The position numbers and the translations under genes were made by a program. The notes beneath the pieces are model-generated. The model had not been told where the DNA came from, ran no database searches, and saw nothing but the letters and a program-made list of their open reading frames with translations. This document shows positions 1-17,700 of a stretch of 64,000 nucleotides of DNA, piece by piece. Where the stretch lies: positions 2,908,535 through 2,972,534 of the forward strand of contig NW_019091358.1 in assembly GCF_001949145.1 (NCBI RefSeq), read 5' to 3'. This DNA comes from Acanthaster planci. Taxonomy: Eukaryota. Within the stretch, counting starts at the first letter, position 1. Every line of letters starts with the position of its first letter.

Positions 1-779
1 TGTTTTGGTACCCATGGCTTTTATGCCCATACACATTTACAATATACACTCAATCCCACTGGGATACGTACGCCACTAGGACCAACTCAGAACTCGCAAA
101 TAATATGTGATGTGAAAAGAGCTTCTTCTACATGCATGCATTTTAGCAATGGAGTGTGGGGGTCAAGCCTACTGGAGATCATGGACTGCTAGTAGGGATT
201 AGTGCATCCCTTCAGGGAAACTTAGCCCCAAAGCCATCAACTACCCTCCTTTTCCCCTTCCCCTTAAAGTGAACTCAGCGAGTTCCTCACTGGCGTTTCC
301 ATATGAGGAGAGTCTTGGAAATGGAGGAGCATTATAATATAAGTAATTTCCCCGACTTTTTAAAGTGGGGGTATTTATCACTGTTGCCGATTGACAGTTA
401 CATTTCTAGCACTGTCTGTCAATTCAGGAATGGGTTTGGGCGGTCATAACCAAAGATCGTATAGCGCCGCGGTCACAACCAAGAACTGGATGGAGTCATT
501 GGTTTATCGCCTGTTTCAGGGTTTAAGGTACGGGCATCATTTATTGCCAGCAAAATCTACCAACGATAAAATAAGCATAGCAATAAGACCCCTAGTAATG
601 CAGGCACGTTTTGTTTAAGTTCTATTGCTTGCCTTGTGTGATCAGTGGATCGTGGGCCCATTGGAAAGTGGCACGTGCGTACATTGACAATAGACGTCAC
701 AGAACATAGGCCTGTTCCTGGCAAAGAGCGCTCGGACGTACCTGGTGGGTAATGTATAGCGCCATCAACTGGCGGTAAT

Positions 780-792
780 GTTGCTGGGCAAC
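780..792 (+). promoter_or_regulatory. RFX X-box motif (GTTGCTGGGCAAC) in the CpG-rich putative promoter of the 104-aa gene
   Basis: Imperfect palindrome matching the GTNRC(C/Y)-N0-3-RGYAAC X-box consensus. It lies in a local CpG-rich patch (about 650-850) that also has CACGTG and GACGTCA sites. A plausible donor (ATG|GTTAGC) follows at 946/947. Confidence 0.55.
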
Positions 793-2521
793 GGGGTACG
801 CGTTCCACGAACCGTGCGCGGCGTCGCGTAGCAGGTGTTCTGTGCACCGTAATTGATTGATGTCTCAACCTTGTGCCCTAAACACCCGTGTGGTTATACT
901 GGAACTGATTGCAGCTTCACCAGTTCATCAGCATTCGCTGAAGATGGTTAGCCGGTTACTGCATGATCTGACACCTTGCGAATCAAAATACACCATTTAT
1001 GCATATATAGTATAACTTGAAGGACACAAAATTTGGCCATGATCAACTGAAAATTATTCCTGTGCAGTGTCTAAAGAAGGACTTCGGGGTGGAAAACAAG
1101 GTAGTCCTTGAGGTAGAGTTCCATATACCCTTGCTCTACGCATATGCAGACGCCACTTTACATCCTGTGCACAAACCCTATGAGACTGTTCTCAAATTGT
1201 GTTTTCTCAGTAAACAACTTTGTATTTTCCCTCCTAAATTGAACTTTTGTGGACATGTTTTTGATTTCTGACGGCTATGAAGTCACTGTAGGGAATAATT
1301 ACTGGCATCCGTATATGAAACTCTTCCCTAGGCCTGGTTAAAAATATTGAAACCTGGAAATTTTCGTTTAGTCGGGTTTATAATTTAATAGCCTTAATTG
1401 TTATGGTTACATACATGTATTGTGTTTTATCAAATCGAACTTGAAAATTTAATACACATATTCGTGTGCGTGCAGTATTTGTTCATCAGACACGCGGTGT
1501 TTCTGGAAACCCTCCTAATTAGCTTAAAGTAAAAATTCTAATGAAACTGGGAAATGAAAGAATCTGCACAATTCTGAATCAAGGCTGACTTAGTTCATGA
1601 CAACTGTCACGGCATGACACTCATGAACTGTTGAGAATTCATGTTTAAATGCTTCAAACTTTGATTTGTTGGTTCCGCAGTTTGTATGTGGGAGAAGCCG
1701 TCGAGGTTGTGTACGTCTATTCTTTCCTCAGACTGTCTGTCTACCAGCTGTTGGAATGTTGTTGTTTACAGTCTTGTGGTTGCCATTCTCTCTGTTTGAA
1801 ATCTGATAAGACATCATCAGAAAAAGCATACCATTACTAAAATCAATTAAACTTGCCATTTTCAACTGTATGGCTGGCTTGCACCTTAGCTGTAATATGA
1901 TACAGCAGGCACCGAAGCATGGTTAGAAACATTGTATACTGTGCTGTTTTGCTCAGTTGTGATGGTAACAGGTTCAGCTGTACTTTACCCAGTGTTGTTT
2001 TGTTGCATACATGATATGTCTTTGTGTTCCATAGTGCTGCGATGTCCATGGTCACCGGTGAAACATAGGTTTTGGAAACTCTTTAGCGAATTGTCAAACC
2101 AGATAGCAGCAGCTATACATGCAGCACATATGATAATGCAGTGTTGAAGTCAAATCTTCACATGTCCTGACAAGTAATCGAGCGCAATTCATCCAGTCAC
2201 TGTTTGAGTCGCAACCTGTTCTGATGAACTAAAAACCAATGGTACTCCTTCATTCATCATTGTTTGTCCTCCGTTTCTTGCTAACAAACTTACAGTTTGC
2301 TTTGCAGCCAGGTTGTAATGATGTGGCTTTTAAAAGACGTAATAGACTTGAAAAATCTCATGTGGGAAAAGTTGCATGGAACAAGACATGCGGCTGAGAA
2401 AATCTTCAGTAGCTTTTTCAGCAGCTTGAATTTGGTAATCCAAGGCTTAACTCTCTGTCACGTTTTTTATCCTTTCCTTCAGTGATCAGCATCAAAGCAC
2501 CAGGGAGATAATCCTGGCAAG

Positions 2522-2836
2522 ATGGCAACTCTCCAAAAAGCGTCTAAACGACCCTGGGGCACCATCACCAAGCCCGACCACATGGGACTGGGCCACCAGA
2601 GACTGACCGCCTACGAGGTGGAGCAGAGTGTCAACCGGCTGTACTACGTGCCTAAGGCCAGAGATGCCAAGTACAACCGGCAAAACCCCAAGATGACCAG
2701 TACCGACATCAGGAAGATGGTCGAGAGGCTGACCAGCAAGCCAACCGAGAAGGTGCCCGACTCCAAGCGTGTGCCCGAAGGGAAGCTGAGGGAGATTGGA
2801 ATTCTGAATTCATTTGCATGGAAAGGATACAACTGA
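2522..2836 (+). CDS. Uncharacterised 104-aa basic protein, single coding exon
   Basis: Clean ORF, clearly GC-richer than its flanks with C/G-ending codons. Good start context (GCAAGATGG). Strong polypyrimidine tract and AG acceptor at 2463-2482 just upstream, implying a 5'UTR intron. Internal repeat RLTAYEVEQSVNRLY / KMTSTDIRKMVERLT. Confidence 0.8.
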   Translation: MATLQKASKRPWGTITKPDHMGLGHQRLTAYEVEQSVNRLYYVPKARDAKYNRQNPKMTSTDIRKMVERLTSKPTEKVPDSKRVPEGKLREIGILNSFAWKGYN

Positions 2837-3826
2837 TCACATTTTCAGTTAAATTAAGCAAGGATTCACTGGAAACCTTGTTTGTACAGCTGATGATGTA
2901 GGACTTCATGCATCATACCAGGAAAAGTGGATGTGTTGCAGTGGGCAAAGTTTTTTACACTATCTGTTGTTCATAATCCACTTTCTTTTGATTGCCATCC
3001 ACACTTAAAGCCATACCCAAGTGCCAGACTACAGAATTTTTTCTCTTAATAATCAGCAAATTCAAAGAAATGATTGCATGCCTGTGTTACTCTAAATAGT
3101 AGTTGCAAGATACTTGAATTAATCATCTTGTGTATGCCATGGCTGAATGACTGTTTCTGTGGAGATTTCCAACAGGTTATGCCTCACTGGAAGATATCTC
3201 AGCAACCATAACTGTACTAGTTCAGTTAAACTGGTCCATTTAAGCAGCAATCTTCAGTGGGATATACAGCTGAGATTCTGCATGTTATTGCTGTAAATTT
3301 TACACAATCCTTCAAGGATACTATTGCACACAAGTGATTTGCATTGCCCATAAAGAGGGCACAGCTTTCCAAGGGAGGGGATGTGAAGCATTGAAGACTG
3401 AAAACCACGGTAGAGGGGCTCAATTTCAGGGCATTTTTTTTTAATTTAGCTCCTTTCTTTTTCATCACTTTCCCCATTTCTGTTATTGTTTTTCTTATTT
3501 TTTATTTTTTCCCGTATCCAAAGTCATGCATATAACAGGTTTTTATATATAACAGGTTTTATAACAGGAAAAATGTCATAATTAAACATTTTTCAAATCA
3601 CCCTTGAGGCAGAAAGCATGGTGACGATAATACCGGAAATATTTAAACAATTCATTGCATGTGGTCTTTGGAAATGGGAAATACGTACTATTAGCCAGAA
3701 TTATGAAAACTATTCTGGCAAATTGATTTCACTGATGAATGCGATCTAATTCTGTTTTTACATGTGTGTGGGTCTCCTCCGTGCATTAGCTTTTCACTTT
3801 CAGTTTGTTTTGTACATTTTCAGGAG

Positions 3827-4064
3827 TGTTCCGCTCTTTTATGCCAAAATAACCAATGTGTATATTTTTGAAAGTCTACTTGAAGAGTGTGTTCATTTGC
3901 TGAAGGCTTATTTATTTTCCAAAACGCAGATAGTATTGTTACATTGTTCCGCTCTTTTATGCCAAAATAACCAATGTGTATATTTTTGAAAGTCTACTTG
4001 AAGAGTGTGTTCATTTGCTGAAGGCTTATTTATTTTCCAAAACGCAGATAGTATTGTTACATTG
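3827..4064. repeat. Perfect 118-bp tandem duplication (2 copies)
   Basis: TGTTCCGCTCTTTTATGCC...GTATTGTTACAT starts at 3827 and again at 3945 with no visible differences. Confidence 0.95.
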
Positions 4065-5222
4065 ATTTACAGTCTGTTTTTGATCAGTAGGTCATGTTTT
4101 CGTGTGCTCTAATTTTGAACTTAACAGTGGTGCTGTAAAGACACATGTGGAGTGTATTGTAATATTAATATTGCAGAATTTTAAGAAATCCGATAGGGGC
4201 CTGACATAGCACAGAAGAGGGAAACAGGAATTGACAGGCATAGTTGTGTTTGCCAGCACTCTGGGTCTGTTCAGATGGAGGGCTGGTTTTCAGCTAGCTC
4301 CAATTCAGTTAACTGTGGAGCTAAAAGTGTCAGTGCGGTCCAACATGTGTTCCTATTCATACTGTGATGGTAATGCTGGTGCTTGAGCGCAGTGGAGCTA
4401 AGAATCCATGGAAGGCTTGCCTGTCACCCTGTCTCTGTGCTTTACGTGAGCTACAAACATACATGTATGGATGAAACATTTTGTTTCTAGGGAATGGATT
4501 GACATTACTTCTTGCAGATCCTTTCATTTCCTCCTTGGAGTTGGACCAGTCAGAGGATCATCGGTACTGTTTGTTTCTGCAAGGACGGACTTTCCATTGC
4601 AAGCAGACCGTTTTGAATGTTAAGTAAAATGATAATAATAAAATGATTAGAAACCATCCCAAAGTGCGAATTCACTGTATGGTAGACAAAAAGACTGTGG
4701 CTGGTCCTGAGCTCAGTTGTGTTCAAATAACACCTATTTTGGGTGAAGCTAGCTAGTTTGAGAGCTGTCTTAAGATAGCTCCCAGCTGAATAACTCCCAA
4801 TCAACATACCTGTTGTAAAGCTGGTGTTTGGCCTCTTCTGCACGGCCGGACCAAAAGACCATATTAGAGCAACCTTGTACATTTGTTGTGATTATTTATT
4901 ACTGTCATTCAGAGTGGGGGATTTCTTTTGTTCCCGGAAAGAATTGCCTACTTGTTTTCATCCATACAAGAATTTATCCCCCCAAGAAAGGTGATGATAC
5001 TACATCTAAAGCATGGCTCTTTCAATTCCCAAATAAAAGAGGCAACATGTCAGCAGGGGGCTACTTGCCCACTGGATACTCTACTTATATAAAGCACAAA
5101 AAGAGGCCTATTTGTATGTAATGTAACAAAAATTATTTTTAATTTTTTTTTTTTGGGGGGGGGGAGTTTGGGTTCCATATCTTACATAAGTTTAACAGAA
5201 TGTTGATGTACATGAATAGCAT

Positions 5223-5371
5223 ACCCGCCAACCTGTCGTACTCCTTCCTGAGGTCAGGCATCACCACATAATAGATTAGAATTTCAATGAACTGATCACC
5301 CATTTGGACACCTTTTAATCTATTGTGTGGTATTGTCAGACCTCAGGAAGGAGTATGACAGGTTGGCAGGT
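5223..5371. mobile_element. Palindromic MITE/foldback (~150 bp, ~56-bp arms)
   Basis: The left arm ACCCGCCAACCTGTCGTACTCCTTCCTGAGGTC...AATAGATTA is the near reverse complement of TAATCTATT...GACCTCAGGAAGGAGTATGACAGGTTGGCAGGT. Confidence 0.75.
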
Positions 5372-6374
5372 CTGGCTCCAAACCTCACTTCACAGTACAT
5401 TACATCTCTACATGTGCACACCATCGGCTCAAGAGAACAGTGGTTTCTTGTGATCAGCCTTTGGTCTGTTATAGATTGATCTCCATACCATTTGACCTGG
5501 TTCTAAATTTTGGGCTGTGCTATTATTTTTCTGGTTCCATCTAATGGAACAGTCCAACTAGGTGTGGTGAAATCAGGTATTTGTCTGTAAATGATGCCAG
5601 GCTCACTATTGTTTAAGAATTCTTCTTCTTTACATTGCTAGGGTCTGAGAATGAAGCGGATTGGTCCTTTGTTCTTTTGTTGCAGAATTTTTTTTTAGGT
5701 TTTTAGGGTCTTGCATGTTACGTGTTAACTTCATTCCAAAGGATTTGTTGGCAGCCCATATAAAACCAGGGTTCAGGAAATTTCAGTAGGGATTTTTTCT
5801 AACAGGGCACACCGGAGAACATCCAAGTGGAATGGTCCTGTCTACCAGGCTGTTTGTAAGTTTATGAATTTATTTCTTTAAAACTTGGGTTAATCAATTA
5901 CTTTGCTCGTGAGGTGTATGTTTCTGTTACAAGGCCAGGAAAAATTTGGTGCTTCTTGTTCCAGGTCCACTTCCGGGGGAAGGCATCACCCGAATTGGGA
6001 AAATCGATCTGCATGTACATGTACTTAAAATTCGTCAACATGTGCATGTACATGTCACGCAGCCTTGATGCATCCTGTTTGGAACAAGGAGCAACCATCT
6101 TTATGATTAAATAAATTTAAGATCCTAATTGCCATGTTGATTTTTTTTAAATATATTATTTGTTCTTTGAAATAATGAGACCACCAAAAAGACTTTTCCG
6201 ACAGGTGAAGCCAGCCAGTTGTTTACAGTTTAGTTGTTGATTTTAGTGGTTCATCTTATCTTTTATTATGCCCTTGAAACCCACATTCCTGTACTGGCCC
6301 GGTCCTTGGATTTCTTTACAGGGTTTGGTAGCAGCCGTTCTGTTTTTTAAAGTATGTTTTTTATTATATTAATT

Positions 6375-6720
6375 ATGGGTGAATCCTTACAAGAGCTTAT
6401 TAATGATATTTGTAGGTTAGTCTCAAAGACGTATAAAAGTGTTTCAGCAAAGTTTAGAGAAGAAATTGGGAGAGGCAAGTAAGTCGAAGCTCTGGACCAG
6501 CCTGAGATTAGAGTTCAAGTAAGGAGGGCAAAATCCACCATGTAAGGGCGAAACCCTTACTTTGACCTCAGAGAAGGTTGGAGTGTAACAAAGGTCATTT
6601 GCCACATAAGGTTGTCGCCAGTGCTAATCAGGCTGAAGAAATTTCACAGCAAGGCGCCCTTGTAAGAGCTGAAATGGAAAATAAGCTGAAGGAGATAGAA
6701 CAGACTCTTGGCAAAAATGC
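6375..6720 (+). mobile_element. Decayed Ty3/Gypsy LTR-retrotransposon gag fragment
   Basis: Translates GESLQELINDICRLVSKTYKSVSAKFREEIGRGK*VEALDQPEIRVQVRRAKST. This resembles the GESL..LA.DIRRLV..AY......E.A...FIEAL....R..V gag core. It has an in-frame stop, and no LTR or pol is visible. Confidence 0.6.
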
Positions 6721-9226
6721 ATGAAGACACTGACGGGAGCTTTCACAGATTGTAGCCAGATGCTATTCAGACATGGCGTCAGTCAGATCTAATGAAATTA
6801 GCTCACAGGATAGGTTTGGTTAAAAAAGATGACCCAACTAAATGTGAAATGGAGTTTCCACAACATAACAATAAATCCAGCATAAATTCAAAATGACAAA
6901 CACCTTATTAGCATCTTCAACTACTTTTATTACTGCATTAACCTACAATAGTAACACCAATCCATAGTAACAATTTATGATGTTTTTGTCATCCACCAGA
7001 TAACGTGGAACAGAAAAGTGGGTCTGTCAAATTTCCAGCATGTTATATTCACAAAAAAAGAGGAAATGCATGATTTTCAGTGAACTTCATTTACTGGGCC
7101 CAATTTCAATGCTTTGCTGACCAACAAATTCTGTAGGCTACAGTGACATTCTTCATTTCCTGGACCTATGAAACTAGAGCCAGGATTGCATGCTGTCTTT
7201 CATACAGAAACCACTCTATACAAAATAGCCTACCATTCATGTGCAACATTTGCAACTTTAATTTCAAAATCTAAAAAGGGCTGGCAGAAAAGAAAAATTG
7301 CTCTGGATGTGAATTTTTCAGAAGAACATTTCTTTCATCTATAGGAAACCCTTCTTTAAAATAAAATCCTGAACTGCGAAGTGTAAGGTAATAAGCTAAG
7401 ACATCTGCACAGTCATTGGGAACATAATCACATAACCAAAAGAGTGTGGCACATCTAGGGTTTACAGGAAGAGGGGGGAGCAGTGACCCCCCCCTCACTT
7501 TTCAAGGGAGGGAGGAGAAAATCCCCCCCCCTACTATTTTTCACAGGTTCTATAATGGGGTTGGGCTATCGGCCAAATGGCTAATACCTAGTGTTCTCAC
7601 AACTGCAACCCCCCCCCTTTGAAGATCGTTATGCCACCTATGCCACCAGTGCTGGGATTCAGTACAAATGCTAGCCAAGGGGGGCATGAAAAAGTGAAGG
7701 AAATAATCTTCACTTCTGATTTCCTGAAGGACCGGTGAGTAGCCCTGGAGCTTATATTTTGATTAAAAGAAGTCAGCATTTGACATGTTAGGTGTGCCAC
7801 CGAATCGTGTTCAAATGTCTGTTTTGATTGAGTGTTGCAGGAACAAAATGGGTGTGGTATTAAAACTAACCCACGAAAAGCCAGACATGTGGACAGAAAA
7901 ACCTCTCAAGAAAAAAATCCCCCCCCCACACACTCAACGACCCCTCCTTAGCACACTCAAATCCTATTGTCTTTTACACAGCTTAACCTTAACGGTCCTC
8001 AATCCAATCATGTTGGAGGATTGAGGACTAAAGTGAAGCTGTTATAACAAAGTACTTCGGACATTAGAAAATTACCTTGTTATAATAGTTACTTTGTATC
8101 TTCAGTAATGGAAAACAAAGACTTGGGACCTAAGACTGTCCTTGTTATAACCATGATCTTGTACTATTCTTATCTGTGTTCAACTCGTTTAAAGCAAATG
8201 TACAAGTACAGTACCACCTTGCATGGGTTGCACCATCAAACAACATACAACGGAGGCAGGGCTTGGGATGGAGGTTGCAGGGGATTTTTCAATTCCTCCA
8301 TGTTTTCTAAGGAGAAACCAAACCTTAATGCTCTTCTGTCCCTTCCTGCAGCTAATGATGCCACCAACAAATGTTTGCCGTACAGTTTTTGAAAATATTG
8401 CTGAAAGAATAAAACACAAAAATCTATGACTCCCCTGGAGATTTCTTGAACCAGAAAAAGGAGGCCTTAAAGATACTGATTTCAATTGCCCCTGGTCATT
8501 TTCAAACCAATGTTTTTGAAAAAAAAAAACCTGTTCAAAGAAAGGTGTATTTAAAATCTGATTAATGATATTTCAGTAAAGTAAGTATGCAATACAATAC
8601 AGTTTAACTTTATGGCATGCTATCAAGAGTTACCAAATTATTACACCACATACATATTACATATCACATACAAAATGTTTTCATTGTTTAAGCAGCACTG
8701 TTAAATGTTTCATTATTGTAGCTTCAATTCACTACTGGTAGGTCTCCGGGAAAAAAATGATATCTTTTTTGGGGAGGGGACATGGGGCAGCCTATAATGA
8801 GATACATATATAAACAATTTCAAATTAAAGTTTTCAAGGGTTTCACTGGTTACTCATTTTCACAAAAATACCAACTTACAGAAGAACAACACATTCTCTG
8901 AAGTCTGAATACAGTGGAACATAATGTATGGGTAACACCCTGAAGCCAATTCTCTGGAAGCAAAGGAACTATGCAAAATGAAAGATACATGATGAGTTGG
9001 TTGAACCGTTGAAGCAAATTTTGCAGCGCGATACATATGCATGTGGGCTAATTTCAAAAAGAAATTTGCTACGCAAATCAAATATTTGCCAAGTAAAAGT
9101 AGGTTACCAGACAAAGTGTAATGCACCCTAACTTCCTGTGACGGGTTCACGGCAGATTTTTGCTCAGCAGGAACATGGAATCTGTGCAGCAATATTCTCT
9201 GCTTTGAAGTCCTGTTAATTGGAACC

Positions 9227-9468
9227 TGGGCCCAATTTCGTGGCTGTGCTGACTACGGAATTTTTGCAGTTACAATCAGCATTCTACCCCTGCAACGCTA
9301 GTGCAAAAACTCCACACTTCTGAAGTAAGCACAGACTAGTTCCAGGATTTACGGATGAGCATAACCCAAATTTCCCTGCTAACCTGTGAAATATGCGAAC
9401 CAATTGCACTGAATTTCCTGCTATGATTAGCACCAATTTTGTAAAGCAGAGCTGTGAAATTGGGCCCA
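9227..9468. mobile_element. MITE with TGGGCCCAATTTC terminal inverted repeats; partial second copy from 7095
   Basis: 5' TGGGCCCAATTTCGTGGCTGTGCT versus 3' AGCAGAGCTGTGAAATTGGGCCCA (13 bp perfect, ~24 bp imperfect TIR). The same left end recurs at 7095. Confidence 0.75.
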
Positions 9469-9968
9469 AAAATGTAACTTGTACCTATGTCCTCTGTGAA
9501 AGATAATAGTTAGGGAAAAACAAGGAAATTAAGCATAACTTTGGTGGTCTAGCCGTACATAACCACAGAGGTTACGTACGAAGAGGGGCAGATCTTGCAA
9601 ACCTGTACTGCATGTGTTACCTCTCCTGTGAGGTGACTACATAAAATGAGCAACAGAGAAACAAAATACATGCATTAGCAGTATTGAGTTGTCAGACGGT
9701 TCAATATTTTATACACACGAATACACTAGAATTGAAACAGCACTGCGGGCCACAATGGGCTGGCATAGCCGGTAGTCAAATTGTGTCCTAGTTGTCAATT
9801 TTGTCTCCTACTCCTAATCAAGACGAAAAACCTGTGAAAATTTCTGCTACAAACCCCTTCAGTCATATTGCATCTAAACCCACACAAAAAAATAAACGTC
9901 TTTGAGGTATTCAGAGGCAAAAATTGCTTTTAAGAGGAAAAAAACCCTCTCGGCGTCCAACATCTCGT

Positions 9969-14349
<4,381 letters not shown>

Positions 14350-14794
14350 AGTTATTCTTCCCTAGAGTAGAAACAAAACTGTCAAGTTGCAACACTGGGT
14401 GAAAAACGAAAACACTGATGTATGTACGTGTACAGTACGTACAAAATGTACATGTTAAAGGTCTCTGACTGTTTCTCTAGTTAATCATTATTTTTTTATA
14501 ATGTAAATATATTCAAATACAGCCTAGATCGGATCGATTAGATAAAATAATATTATCAATTTCGTGAAATCGATTTGTTCTTAAGAGTCTATTCTTAAAA
14601 TCTTTGCATTATTAGAAGAAAAAAATAAATTAATATTACTAGATAGAGCCTATCATGGCTGCTTCCATGCATTTCCTCTAAACATATCGAACCAACATCT
14701 GTGCTCAGCTGTACTTCTTTGTGAAACTGTGGTCTTATGTGTTGTGTGTCACCTCGCCTTTTCGGAATTCTCTTCAAGTGTTACATCGGGAACC
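14350..14794. promoter_or_regulatory. Putative bidirectional promoter between AK6 and C1orf43
   Basis: Divergent start codons only 445 bp apart (14349 on -, 14795 on +). Confidence 0.7.
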
Positions 14795-17700
14795 ATGGGA
14801 AATGTTGCTTCTATGGTCAATACTACATTAATCCTTATTGCAGGAACTGGAAGCGCGGTAAGTAACCAGCACTGCAGCGCACATTACCCCCAGAACGTAA
14901 CTTAGGTCTGACGTCCGCTCCGCTCCCACATACCCCCAGAACTGTGGGACGGACGTGGGACCCCTCAATGATGGGGGTAGGCACACATCACAACTCGAGG
15001 ACTGTCCCTGCATGCCCTATAAGCCTTATCGCAAATACTGCATGGGTGATTTTGCACAATAAGAAAGGCATTGTGGGAAGGAAAAAGGGGCAGAGAAGTC
15101 CCTTAGGCTTATTTGAGGACAAAACCAGTCCCCCGAGAGAGAGAGCATGTCTTCTTAAAAGGGGTTTTTTCCAACAAGCCTACATGTAAGTCAAAAATAT
15201 CCACATGTCATATTTGCCATTCATACTTAGTTATTTAAGTTGATTTTATGAACTTTGTGCCATGTCACTTGATTAACTATACATGCTATATGTAAAGGTT
15301 AATGTGGGTATATTCAACCGGCGGGAGAATTCAATCATTTACTACTAACAAGTCGATAAAATACGTACTTAAATGTTGTTGTAATAGTGTCAAATGTAAT
15401 CATTAGTTCCTACCCTTAATTTTTGAATCGTGAAAAGTTAGAAAAAGTCTGGGTGATTTTTGTAAATAATGGTAAATATGGGGGTGACTATCTGTGTCCG
15501 CGTCGCAGAGGTCATGCTTACAGGGTCACGTAAATGTGAGTAATTTGTGTGACGTTAAATATTCATGACCTGGAACAAAGAAGAAATGTCAATCATTTAT
15601 GTCGTCAGCAATCAGCTGGAACTATGATTGGTTGGTACAGTGTATGCTAGATAGGATGGACTACTGAAGGGGTGGTCGAATACTGCCTAGCAGAGGGTGC
15701 TGTGGAGTGTGTTTTTGACAACTGCATTGCGGGTACTTACCTAGCATGCCTACACATGTACATGCAGTGTGGCGCGTTGCATGATTTCAACTGCAGTTAA
15801 AATTTTGGTTCAGTTTATTCTTAATGACTGTGAGAGGTTGTTATAATGTGAAGGCTCTTTTGATTGTATTTTTTATTCCAACTATTTTACGATTATATGA
15901 AAATAGCAAGTTGAAAAAGCTGTTAAAAATGTCAATCAAGGCTGATGGTGATGCCGGCACTGACACTGAACACCTCGGAGACATCTGTAGTCCTGAAATT
16001 TATTGCAAGCAAGATTGTACCTCCGTTTTCTTTAATTTTGCATATTTCCTATTGTCGAAGTTTGACAAAGATTGTGAATGTGTTAATAATTTGTTCACAT
16101 TCTTTGAAGCCTTGTCTCGCCTTATACTTTATTTGACCAACTGGAAATTCTCAAATAATACCCTGAAGGCCATGAAATAAACCCAGCCAGAATTTGGCTT
16201 CTTAAAGGCAGCCTCCCCAGTTCTCATTCTGTCTCACTCAAGTCTTAAAAAAAGTGACCACACCCTTTTTGGAAATGGAATACCCCACCCAGCGGTATTG
16301 ATCTCGTCTAGAATTTGGAAGAAATCCAAACTGTACAGAGGGAATGTATGGCCGTTATATGTAAACTTTGACGCTGTTGTAAGCGGCGGTAAAATTTCCC
16401 CTCTACCCCGGTCCAAAACTGCCACAGCTGGACAAATTTTCCTGCACAATGACCACTTCATTCAAAAGGTCAAAGTTCATGGACTGTAACCACCAATGTT
16501 TGCATAAATACTCTGAAAGGTAAATAACTAATAGTGATATCCATAGTTCCTGTGAGTTTCCATCCCTTTTATTTTAATGAAACAAGCCCTTTCTTATCCA
16601 GTCAAACCCCCCCCCACCTATATTATAAAGATGCGATTTTCAGAAAAATGTTTCATGAGGTGTTTTCCCCTCCCTTTAATGTGCCATCGCAGACTCCTGT
16701 TTGCAAGTTCTTATACTCTGCACAGTAGATGATGCACATTTGAATGTGCTTAGGCCAACACACATAGGTGCTTTTGAATGCCAACTTGTCATGGGGCAAA
16801 TTTCACCTGCTGGTCAACAATGCATTGTTACTTGTTCAACTGTGACACTGAGCACATGGGCAAAGTGTCATTGGAAAGAAGACATTCAGGCCTTTCTGGA
16901 GACATAAAATGCTTAATTAAGAAATCTGCAGTTTTCCTATAAATTATGGTTGTATTTGGGTTTCCTTTATTTTGATATGCCCTGTACATGTACTTGTAAT
17001 CAAATATTTTCAGGCCTCTATTCTGATGCCACAGACAATTTAGTTTGCTTGTTTTTGCAGGGGTTCTTATTTACACTTATCTTGGTCTTTCCAGCTGCTC
17101 CTTGTTGTCATTATATTCATCAAGCGACAAATCATGCGGTTTTCTCTGAGCTCCCACCGAAGTCCCCATGTTCCCATTGGACACAGTGCCCCGAGAAGCC
17201 TACAGGTGGAAATTGAGCAGAAACTGACGCACGTCTCGAGAATGAAGTATGAGCCACGACTGCTAGGAGATGACGACTACAGATTGAAATTTCTCAGTGG
17301 AGAAAATACCACTGGAGGTAAAACCAAAGAAAAAGGGGAAAGAAAAGAGAAACAAGATGGTGAAATGTTTGAATGGTTGCTTTTATATAAATGTGATTAT
17401 CCCTCGACTATGGTCGGGATGGTCCCAACTGTAGCATTGTATTTGGGCTGGCCCAACTATAGTTGGAAAAGTTGAAAACTTTGTACAGAAAATTTCTCCA
17501 CCTTCTCTGGGTTTTTGCGGCTCAAACTAACAGAATTCATCCAAACTAATGTATACCAATATGGCATTTCTTCCCTAATACAAACAGAAATGGATTCTGT
17601 AAGTGCAAGTTACCAACAGAAATGAAATGACATTGCCTATAGTTAGGCAAGCCCAACTGTAGCACTATTATAAGGATCATCCCAGCTACAGTCGGGACAG

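Noticed and set aside
391..868. Short ORFs near the window start as a divergent gene
   Set aside because: They have non-ATG starts and no coding signature, and the region is better explained as promoter.
15824..16180. 118-aa ORF in C1orf43 intron 1
   Set aside because: AT-rich, no recognisable domain, and not needed for the in-frame C1orf43 model.
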